Assembly (NCBI GenBank): GCA_038257535.1
Contig: JBBSJE010000005.1
Coordinates: 1,383 to 65,382, forward strand
Direction: 5' to 3'
From: Polyangia bacterium
GTDB lineage: Bacteria > Myxococcota_A > Polyangia > Fen-1088
Length of the DNA stretch: 64,000 nucleotides
The notes under the pieces are model-generated. The model searched no databases and was not told where the DNA came from. It saw only the letters and a list, made by a program, of their open reading frames with translations. Shown piece after piece: positions 1 through 13,054 of this stretch. The position numbers and the translations under genes are program-made. Position 1 is the stretch's first letter. The number at the start of each line of letters is the position of its first letter.

Positions 1-1
1 C

Positions 2-214
2 GTGGGGGTTGTGAGCATGGATCAATCGCTTGACCAGGTGCTCTCCATCATGGCCATGCGCTCGATCCGAGCCGTACCTGTAATTGATGGCGGGGGTGTG
101 TTTTTAGGTGTTGTTTCCTACACCGCGGTCTTCCGCTGCGCCAAGAACGACCCGCTTTTGCATGGGGCCCTACAGCGCTTCGAAACACCGCCGCTGGCCC
201 CGCAACTCTCGTAG
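2..214 (+). CDS. C-terminal fragment of a CBS-domain protein (5' end lies outside the window)
   Basis: The frame is open from the window edge to a stop at 212-214. 'SIMAMRSIRAVPVIDGGGVFLGVVSYTAV' looks like a CBS-domain core. Confidence 0.45.
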   Translation: MGVVSMDQSLDQVLSIMAMRSIRAVPVIDGGGVFLGVVSYTAVFRCAKNDPLLHGALQRFETPPLAPQLS

Positions 215-262
215 TCTTCTCCCAGCGACAAGCGCGAGGGACTGTTGCGGCGCGCCTGCGGA

Positions 263-841
263 CTAACGGGCCAACGATCGCCCGTTGATCCGAATGAGCT
301 GCTGCGCCAAAAGTTCTATCGGGCCTTCAACGTCCGGTTTGAGAACCATTTTGACGGCCTTTGGGGCCACGGGGCTTTCTGCGGTTGCGGGATCTTGAAC
401 GTAGACCAAGCCGCCTTGCCGCTTCACAGCCAGTGCGCCTTGCGCCCCATCGTCGCTGGCACACGTCATCACCACGGCAATGACAGATGTGCCATGTGAG
501 GCCGCCGCGGACTCGAACAGCACGTCGATGGAAGGGCGGGCGTAGCGTACCGGGGCATCCAAAGACAACACAAAGCGATCGCCATCCACCAAGCAGTGAT
601 AGCCGGCGGGCGCCAGATAAACTTGCCCGTTCTCGATGGGATCTTTGTCGTTGGGCTCCATCAGGGTGCGGGAGGTCGCTGGCTTAAGCAGCGCCAACAA
701 AGGGCCCTCCGGCGAATCGTGCCGCCGATGTTGAACGATGACCAAAGGCGCTTGCACGGCGTCTGGAACCGCGCGCAAAAAACGTGTCATGGCGGAAAGT
801 CCACCCAACGACACCCCAACAACAACAACCGGCATGCTCAC
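263..841 (-). CDS. cheB: Protein-glutamate methylesterase, CheB catalytic domain only (no N-terminal receiver)
   Basis: 192 aa. The CheB triad contexts are present: 'VVGVSLGGLSAM' (Ser), 'LVIVQHRRH' (His) and 'PSIDVLFESAA' (Asp). The start overlaps the cheR stop (ATGA at 838-841). Confidence 0.85.
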   Translation of the reverse strand: MSMPVVVVGVSLGGLSAMTRFLRAVPDAVQAPLVIVQHRRHDSPEGPLLALLKPATSRTLMEPNDKDPIENGQVYLAPAGYHCLVDGDRFVLSLDAPVRYARPSIDVLFESAAASHGTSVIAVVMTCASDDGAQGALAVKRQGGLVYVQDPATAESPVAPKAVKMVLKPDVEGPIELLAQQLIRINGRSLAR

Positions 842-1688
842 GACCGTGTCTTCCGAAAAACCCTCAAGCCTGGCTCGATCTCTTCATAAACATCCGCGTG
901 GGGATTGCCTCTGAGGCTTTCCTTCTTGCCAATTCCTAAGATGCCGAAGGGCGTTAGGCTTCCGTTGATCAAATCAAAAACCCGCGTTTGTAGCGTTACA
1001 TTAAAGTAGATGTTCACATTGCGACAGAAGATGAGATGAAACTCGTTGAAAATCTCATCAGTTGCCAGATTGTGCTGTGAAAATATAACGTTCTTCCGCA
1101 AGTTTGCTCTGACGATGGCGTGTGCATTGTCAGTCAGATAGTAGGAGGAAAAATCCTCTCGGCCCCCGGCCTGCTGGTACGCCAGGGTGTAGTCACGCAT
1201 CGTGCTGATGGGCAAGATCCCCCTGCGGGCACGATCAAGAACCGCGTCGCTCATGTCGGTGGCATAGATTCGGCAGCGATCGTACAGCCCCTCTTCCTTG
1301 AGCAAGATGGCCAGGGAATACACTTCCTCACCCGTGGAGCAGCCTGCCACCCAGATCCGCAAAAACGGGTACGTTCGCAGGTGTGCCACCACCTTTTTGC
1401 GTACCAACATGTACACATCCGGATCTCGAAACATCGAGGTGGTGTGCACCGCCAAGCTTTCCACAAAGCGGCCCATCGCGGCGGGATCATGCAAAATTCG
1501 GTCGAGCAAAGTCGTGATGCGGGAGATCCCCTCCATGTCCTGGATCTTCTGCAATCGTCGAAGCAGGGAGGCGCGAGCGTAGTTGCGAAAATCGTACCCA
1601 TAGCGACGAAAGATGCCTTCAAGCAGAAGGTCAACTTCCAGGTCTTTTAAACCCTGTTCGCTACTTGGGGCCATAGGCGGTGAGTTTT

Positions 1689-1704
<16 letters not shown>
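838..1704 (-). CDS. cheR: Chemotaxis-type protein-glutamate O-methyltransferase CheR
   Basis: 288 aa. The N-terminal helical domain reads '[27 protein letters not shown]'. 'TSMFRDP' and the SAM-binding '[20 protein letters not shown]' are present. The called start is TTG at 1704; an alternative ATG at 1674 lies downstream of the kinase stop. Confidence 0.9.
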
Positions 1705-7498
<5,794 letters not shown>

Positions 7499-7502
<4 letters not shown>

Positions 7503-7858
7503 GGCACTGGCGGCTGCTTGGGGGAGGGGAGAAACTTGATGATGTCGTCGAGATCGATAGGTTTAACCAGATAAGCGTCGAAGCCGGCCTCGTCGGCGGC
7601 CAGATGGTCGCTCTGTCGGCCAAAGCCTGTCATTGCCACGAGCTTTGGCTTTGCGCCCAAACGTTTGCGAATCGTTCGGGCCACTTCATGGCCATCGACG
7701 CGGGGCATGCCCACATCAACGAAGGCGACGCTGGGCATGTGGTCACAAATGACTTTGATGCCTTCTTCACCATCGCGCGCGGACCGAACGTCGTAGCCCC
7801 ACGACTCAAAGAGATCGCAGAGCGTTTCACGAATGTCGATGTTGTCGTCCACCACCAC
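7499..7858 (-). CDS. Single-domain response regulator (receiver), or the receiver of a frameshifted hybrid kinase
   Basis: 119 aa. '[12 protein letters not shown]...[16 protein letters not shown]...LVAMTGFG...GFDAYLVKP' is a canonical CheY-like fold. GTG start at 7858, with 'AGAGGGG' about 9 nt upstream. The stop shares ATGA with the poly-HAMP kinase start. Confidence 0.8.
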
Positions 7859-9291
7859 AACACGAAACCCCTCTGGGGCGACGTGCTCAAGCTGGGGGGG
7901 GGTGTGGCCATGGGCGACCGCGCCGAGGGGGCGTCAGTTGAACGAGACCGTTCGACCAAAGGCAGCGTGACCGTAAAGCTGCTTCCCCGATCGATGCCTT
8001 CACTCTGTGCGGTCACGGTGCCGCCATGCAGTTCAACCAGCCGGCGCACAAGGGTAAGCCCGAGGCCCAGTCCGCCATTGGCGTTGGGTCGCCGTTGTAC
8101 AAAGATGTCAAAGATTGTGGGCATCAACGCGGGGTCAATGCCCGTGCCATTGTCGCGAACCGTAACAGAGGCCTCGCCTGCGCTGTGGGAGGAGGAAAGT
8201 GAGATTTGGCCCCCCGGATTGGTGTACCGAGCGGCGTTGTGAAGCAGGTTGGAGACGATTTGAATCATCCGGACCGGATCCGCCATCAACGTCAATGGCT
8301 CAGGCGCCAGGTCGACCTTCAAAATGTGCCCCCGCTCGTCCAAGGCGGGCTTTGCTGTGACGATGGCTTGTTCGATGATGGCGTTCAGTGAGATTGGCTC
8401 GGTCTCGATTTGGATCTTGCCGCAGTTGATGCGTGAGATGTCGAGCAAATCATCGACCAAACGACGCAAATGCCGCACTTGCCGATCAACGGTGGCGAAC
8501 GCGCGGGCTTCGGTCCCATCTGCATTCACATTCGCTAGCAGCGGCCCCTGGATGAGTCTTAAGCCGGTCACGATGGGGGCCAAAGGGTTGCGCAGTTCGT
8601 GGCCTAACATGGCCAAGAATTCATCTTTTCGTTGGTCGGCTTGTGCCAGCTCCTCAAGCCGCTTCCGCATCGCTGCCTCGTCCCAGCGCCGCTTTTCCTC
8701 CTCAAGCACGCGTTCGTGTTCACGCCGCTGATGTTCGCGCAACTGTTCAGCCTGCAAACGCAACTCTTCCGCGCGCCGACGCAGCTCTATGAAGACGGAC
8801 ACCTTGGCGCGCAACACCTCTGAGGTGATCGGCTTGAACAAAAAATCCACCGCGCCCATCTTGTACGCCTCGAGCACTTGCGTGTCGTCGCGGGAATAGG
8901 CGGTGGCAAAAATGATGGGCGTGTGTTGCGTGCGTGATCGGGCGCGGATGATCTTGGCGGTCTCAAAACCGTCGAGGTCGGGCATTTTCACATCAAGCAC
9001 CACCACGGCAAATTCTCGTTCGAGCAGGCAGCGCAAGGCTTGCTGACCGGAACTGGCGCGCACCACATCAGCCGCGATCCCGTCCAGGGACGCCTCGAAA
9101 GCAGACAGGTTGTGGGGGTTGTCGTCAACGATAAGAATCGCCGACCGCGTGACATCTACCAACGGGGCCTCGGTGCGTTCAGGGGGATAAGAAGACTCGA
9201 TCCAAGTCAAAGCAATGTTCAGGCCACTGCTAAAGCCTTGATTCCAAGGTGCATTCTCTCTGCGCGTTACGATACGGAAACCGTGTTCCAC
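7630..9291 (-). CDS. REC - coiled coil - HisKA - HATPase sensor kinase; the 3' end is unreliable (out-of-frame tail after a C9 run)
   Basis: Receiver: 'ILIVDDNPHNL...VVLDVKMPDLDGFE'. H-box: 'FLAMLGHELRNPLAPI'. HATPase: 'VRDNGTGI' and 'GGLGLGLTLVRRLVELHGG'. The start is uncertain: GTG at 9291 or TTG at 9162. The 666-aa ORF in the track extends over cobW and is not credible. After 'TVTLPL...MATPPP' the frame runs out of phase across the next gene to 7630. Confidence 0.7.
   Translation of the reverse strand: MEHGFRIVTRRENAPWNQGFSSGLNIALTWIESSYPPERTEAPLVDVTRSAILIVDDNPHNLSAFEASLDGIAADVVRASSGQQALRCLLEREFAVVVLDVKMPDLDGFETAKIIRARSRTQHTPIIFATAYSRDDTQVLEAYKMGAVDFLFKPITSEVLRAKVSVFIELRRRAEELRLQAEQLREHQRREHERVLEEEKRRWDEAAMRKRLEELAQADQRKDEFLAMLGHELRNPLAPIVTGLRLIQGPLLANVNADGTEARAFATVDRQVRHLRRLVDDLLDISRINCGKIQIETEPISLNAIIEQAIVTAKPALDERGHILKVDLAPEPLTLMADPVRMIQIVSNLLHNAARYTNPGGQISLSSSHSAGEASVTVRDNGTGIDPALMPTIFDIFVQRRPNANGGLGLGLTLVRRLVELHGGTVTAQSEGIDRGSSFTVTLPLVERSRSTDAPSARSPMATPPPSLSTSPQRGFVLWWWTTTSTFVKRSAISLSRGATTFGPRAMVKKASKSFVTTCPASPSLMWACPASMAMKWPERFANVWAQSQSSWQ
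7894..7902. repeat. G9 (coding-strand C9) homopolymer at the kinase/receiver junction
   Basis: Read directly from 'gct ggggggggg tgtgg'. See the finding for the three reading-frame outcomes. Confidence 0.95.
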
Positions 9292-9366
9292 AAACGTTAC
9301 AGGCACGGGCGCGGTTGGGAAAGCGGCGGTTGACGTTGCCCCCCGCGGCCGTAGGCTCACGGCAAA

Positions 9367-10308
9367 ATGAGTGTCCCCGTTTCGCAAACGCCCCTTGTTT
9401 TGTTGGTTGGGTTTTTGGGAGCGGGCAAAACCACTCTGCTGCGCCGGCTGATCGGGGAGGCGCGGGCGCAGTGGCTGACGCCGCATGTGATCCTCAATGA
9501 CTATGCCAACGCGCAGGTCGATGCAGACGATTTGCGCGCCGAACTTGCCTCGGTGATCCCGATAACCGGAAGCTGCGTGTGCTGCAGCTCGCAATATGAA
9601 TTGTTGGCGGCCTTGGCCCAACACAAGCACCAGGCGCGCGATGTGTTCATCGTTGAAACCAACGGCACCACCGATGCGGCCAGTTTGCTAGCCATGCTGG
9701 CAGCCTCTGTACGGCTTGAGGGGTTCTCAGCGCCGGTGCACTTTTCGGTGGTGGATGCCAAGCGCTGGGGGCGGCGCTGGGGCGGCAATCAGCTTGAAAC
9801 GCATCAGCTGCGGACCGCCAGCCACGTTTACTTCTCGCGCACCGATCAGGTGTCGAAGTCTCGCCTGCAAGCGGTGCGGGCGTCGGTTGCGAATGTGAAC
9901 CCGGCGGCCGAAGAGGTGCTGCCAGATGCCTTCTTGAAACAGATGGTGCAGGTGGCCACAGGCGCGTTGGCTGCCGCCGCGGCACTCGGTGAGGTCCCGA
10001 CGCCTGCGGAGCATCACACCCATCACTTTGCGGCTTTGTCTTTGCCCATTGAAGGCCCCGTTCCGAAGGCGGCATTCCTAGCGTTTCTAAACGCTCTTCC
10101 GCGGCAGGTGGTGCGGGCCAAAGGGGTGATTGAATTGGTGGAAGCGCCCGGCGAACGTCGGATGTTTCAAAAGGTGGAAGACGAGGCCGAACTGTCGCCG
10201 AATCCGCTGAAACAGACCGGCGCGCCTGCCGTTTTGGTGTTGGTGGGGCCCCGATTGGACGAGGGAGCGCTTCGCGCTCAACTGCGGGGTTTGACGCGCT
10301 CACCGTAG
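9367..10308 (+). CDS. COG0523-family (CobW/YjiA/ZigA-like) metallochaperone GTPase
   Basis: 313 aa. P-loop 'LVGFLGAGKTTLL', CxCC metal motif 'GSCVCCS', 'IVETNGTTD', and a CobW_C-like C-terminal region. Confidence 0.85.
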   Translation: MSVPVSQTPLVLLVGFLGAGKTTLLRRLIGEARAQWLTPHVILNDYANAQVDADDLRAELASVIPITGSCVCCSSQYELLAALAQHKHQARDVFIVETNGTTDAASLLAMLAASVRLEGFSAPVHFSVVDAKRWGRRWGGNQLETHQLRTASHVYFSRTDQVSKSRLQAVRASVANVNPAAEEVLPDAFLKQMVQVATGALAAAAALGEVPTPAEHHTHHFAALSLPIEGPVPKAAFLAFLNALPRQVVRAKGVIELVEAPGERRMFQKVEDEAELSPNPLKQTGAPAVLVLVGPRLDEGALRAQLRGLTRSP

Positions 10309-10360
10309 ACGCTACCGCCCAACCCGCTTTCACGCTTGCGCTTCTGTGGGAACAGATTAC

Positions 10361-10385
10361 ATTTGAACAAATATTCAAATGTTCA
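10361..10385 (+). promoter_or_regulatory. SmtB/CzrA-type operator (imperfect 12-2-12-like palindrome) overlapping the arsR-family start codon
   Basis: The site reads 'ATTTGAACAAATATTCAAATGTTCA'. It has a TGAACA-AA-TATTCA core, plus TGAACA (10364-10369) and TGTTCA (10380-10385) as a perfect 6-bp inverted repeat. It is the only AT-rich patch in this GC-rich spacer. Confidence 0.5.
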
Positions 10386-10768
10386 ATCCTGTTCCGCCCA
10401 CTGATGGACCCCGACTCCTAGATCACCGCCATGGCGGTTTCGCGTACCCGCCTATCAACGACGCCGCGGTTGAGCGAGCGGCTGGGTTGCTACGCGCCGC
10501 GGGTGAGCCGGGGCGGTTTCGGCTTCTGGTCCGATTGTTGGAGGGCGAGATGTGCGTGACAGAGCTGGCCGAAGAAAGCGGCGACGAGATCTCGTTGGTG
10601 TCGCAGCGACTGCGAACCTTACGGGCCGAAAAGCTGGTCACACGTCGACGCGAGGGCAAGCACATTTATTACGGATTGAGTGATTCCCACGTGGCCGCCT
10701 TGGTGAAAACCACTTTGGCGCATGCCCAAGAAGACAACACCCACTTGCAACACGAAAGCGAGAGCTAA
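10379..10768 (+). CDS. ArsR/SmtB-family metalloregulator with an intact alpha5 (DxHx10Hx2E) Zn-type sensing site
   Basis: 129 aa. The winged HTH is 'RLLVRLLEGEMCVTELAEESGDEISLVSQRLRTLRAEKLVTRRREGKHIYYGL'. The C-terminal 'DSHVAALVKTTLAHAQE' reproduces the SmtB/CzrA alpha5 ligand spacing. There is no CxC alpha3 site. Confidence 0.85.
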   Translation: MFNPVPPTDGPRLLDHRHGGFAYPPINDAAVERAAGLLRAAGEPGRFRLLVRLLEGEMCVTELAEESGDEISLVSQRLRTLRAEKLVTRRREGKHIYYGLSDSHVAALVKTTLAHAQEDNTHLQHESES

Positions 10769-10771
10769 ACC

Positions 10772-11110
10772 ATGAGCTGCAACCAACACGACGGTCACGC
10801 ACACGTTCACGGGGCCGGCTGTGGCCATAAGGCCGTCACTCACGACGGTCACACCGATTACCTTCACGACGGACACCTGCATCACATGCACGGCGACCAT
10901 TGCGATGACCACGCCATCGCTGTTTCTGCGTCCAACCCGGCCGACTGTACGCCGGGGCACGGGTGCGGCAGCCACGACAGTGGCCACCAACACGGCACCG
11001 GCTGTGGCCATGAGGTCGTGCCCCATGGCGATCACCTGGATTATCTAGTGAACGGGCACCTGCATCACATGCACGGCGACCACTGTGACGATCACGGGCC
11101 TTTGGCCTAA
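10772..11110 (+). CDS. His/Cys-rich metal-binding protein made of two ~34-aa repeats
   Basis: 112 aa with 27 His and 7 Cys (hand count). Residues 14-47 'GAGCGHKAVTHDGHTDYLHDGHLHHMHGDHCDDH' and 75-108 'GTGCGHEVVPHGDHLDYLVNGHLHHMHGDHCDDH' are repeats, with a 26-nt identical DNA core. The gene starts 3 nt after the arsR-family stop. Confidence 0.7.
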   Translation: MSCNQHDGHAHVHGAGCGHKAVTHDGHTDYLHDGHLHHMHGDHCDDHAIAVSASNPADCTPGHGCGSHDSGHQHGTGCGHEVVPHGDHLDYLVNGHLHHMHGDHCDDHGPLA

Positions 11111-11131
11111 CGCACGCGAACGCCGTGAGCC

Positions 11132-12154
11132 TTAGCCGCGCGCCTTGGCAATGGCGGCGCGTGCGGCTTCGGGGTTTTGCTTACACTCAAGTAGCGCGTT
11201 CAACATCAGCGGCACCACAATGGTGGCGTCCGATTCGATAACGAACATAGGGGTTTCTTCGGTGAGTTTGTCCCAGGTGATCTTCTCGTTGGGCGTGGCG
11301 CCCGAGTAGGAACCATAGGACGTGGTGGAGTCGGAGATCTGGCAGAAGTACGCCCAGGGTTTGACTGATTGTTCGAGGTCGTACTTGATCGAGGGCACCA
11401 CGCAAATCGGGAAGTCGCCCGCGATCCCGCCTCCAATTTGAAAGAAGCCCACACCGGCGCCCGACGACAGCTCTTTGTACTGGTCGTAAAACGCGCCCAT
11501 GTACTCGATGCCCGATTTGGCCACGCCGGCGCTGCATTCGCCCAATTTCACATGCGAGGCGAAGATGTTGCCGAAGGTGGAGTCTTCGTATCCGGGCACC
11601 ACAATGGGCAAGTTCGCGCGTGCGGCAGCAAGTAGCCAGCATTCCTCAGGGTTGCCTTCGTGCTGTTCGGCACCCACAAGCTGCACCATTTCGTAGAAGT
11701 ACTCGTGCCAGAAGCGACGCTTGTTTGATTCCGTGGCCTGCTTCCACATAGGCACGATGAACTTTTCAACCGCGCGGAACGCCTCATCTTCGGGGATGCT
11801 GGTGTCGGTGACCCGGCGCATGCGGTCATTGAGAATCTTCGTATCGTCTTGCTTCGTAAAGTAACGGTATTCTGGAAAGTCTTTGTAGCTGTGATGGGCA
11901 ACCAGGCGGAACAAGGATTCTTCCAAGTTGGCGCCGGTGACCGACAAGCCGTGAATCAGGCCCGCCCGAATGGCAGGGGCCAAGGTGATGCCAAGCTGCG
12001 CTGATGACATGGCGCCCGCCACCGACCAAAACATTTTTCCGCCGCGCTCCATATGGTCCCAGTACGCCAACAGGGCGTCCCGCGTCGCGCGCGCGTTAAA
12101 GTTCTTGTAGTTTTTCAGCACAAAGTCGAGGAGGGGCAGGCCGGAGGTCGTCAT
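11132..12154 (-). CDS. Deoxyhypusine synthase-like (DHS family) protein
   Basis: 340 aa. 'MFWSVAGAMSSAQLG...GLIHGLSVTGANLEESLF' and the overall length fit bacterial DHS-like proteins. Confidence 0.75.
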   Translation of the reverse strand: MTTSGLPLLDFVLKNYKNFNARATRDALLAYWDHMERGGKMFWSVAGAMSSAQLGITLAPAIRAGLIHGLSVTGANLEESLFRLVAHHSYKDFPEYRYFTKQDDTKILNDRMRRVTDTSIPEDEAFRAVEKFIVPMWKQATESNKRRFWHEYFYEMVQLVGAEQHEGNPEECWLLAAARANLPIVVPGYEDSTFGNIFASHVKLGECSAGVAKSGIEYMGAFYDQYKELSSGAGVGFFQIGGGIAGDFPICVVPSIKYDLEQSVKPWAYFCQISDSTTSYGSYSGATPNEKITWDKLTEETPMFVIESDATIVVPLMLNALLECKQNPEAARAAIAKARG

Positions 12155-12745
12155 GGGGCGCGTTTTACCAGGCGCGGGGGCGAAGCGGGAGGGGCAAGTG
12201 CATCTCGGGCAATTTCACTGCCAAGACCTTCCCGGGAGCTTCATTTATGATTTTGGGATTCGCTTTGAGATTGTGGTTGGCTTCGTCTTTATCTCGAACA
12301 GCGATGAGTGCCTATTCCCCGTTGGGGTGAACCGCTACGCCCGTAAACTCACCGGCGGTGGAATTGGCCGGAAGGTTGGCGGTGGGTAGAGTGAGCGTGG
12401 CTTGCGCTGTTCGCGTTGAAAGAAACAAACGCGCGAACAATCCCCAACAACACGGGCGCGAATGCGCAGTTACACTGCCGCTTCAGCTCGGTGACGACTC
12501 GGCTTCAGCGAACGAAAGCATTTGCCCAGGGGCAACACAGTTTGCGCCGAGAATGGCAAGATCATAACGAGCTGGGGTAGGCATAGGGCGAGGCGAGCAT
12601 GACGCTTATGCAAGCAGATTGCAAAGGATGAGCGTTTGCGCCTTCAGGCCTACTTGCGACTTCGTTTGAGCCTATGGGTGAGCCAGGCTTTATCTAAGGG
12701 CGATGCTAGCAACACGTACCCATACTTGGATCAGGAGGTAAGCCA

Positions 12746-12970
12746 ATGGGGAAGTTTTGGGCAAATAACAAGATTGTTCAGTCCTGGGATAGGGCTGTTA
12801 TAGCCGTGGGTGGCTTAGGGGTGGGGGCCTTCATGGCGTTCTCAGTGATCTGGGGCGACCCCACAGCGCCAACCATTGACATGGAAGCTTTGAATGAGGC
12901 TGAACTGCAAATGCAGTGCGTGCCGGATCAGGAGCGTTCGGACTTGGTTTCCTCGCCCGAGCATTGCTGA
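12746..12970 (+). CDS. Small hypothetical membrane protein (74 aa)
   Basis: A canonical SD ('cAGGAGGtaagccaATG') sits 7 nt upstream. One hydrophobic segment is present: 'AVIAVGGLGVGAFMAFSVIW'. Confidence 0.45.
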   Translation: MGKFWANNKIVQSWDRAVIAVGGLGVGAFMAFSVIWGDPTAPTIDMEALNEAELQMQCVPDQERSDLVSSPEHC

Positions 12971-13054
12971 AACATCCAATGTGAGGCTTCGCACCCTCGA
13001 CGCATCTAGATGAAAAATGCTAGGTGCGCCTTGGGTTAGCTTTGTGGCAATGTC

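Noticed and set aside
245-889. Plus-strand ORFs (245-499, 487-687, 596-889) opposite cheB
   Set aside because: These are antisense shadow ORFs typical of high-GC DNA. They have no motifs and are Arg/Gly/Pro-rich, and the opposite strand encodes a well-supported CheB.
9292-9630. N-terminal 113-codon extension of the 666-aa kinase ORF
   Set aside because: The extension overlaps the well-supported divergent COG0523 gene and carries no domain. The receiver domain begins near residue 160, so an internal GTG (9291) or TTG (9162) start is far more plausible.
12290-12450. Possible pseudogene remnant on the minus strand ('...TLPTANLPANSTAGEFTGVAVHPNGE*ALIAVRDKDEA...')
   Set aside because: It reads protein-like for about 55 codons. 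It is bounded by TGA upstream, is interrupted by TAG, and has no start. I could not tie it to a family, so the evidence is too thin to call.
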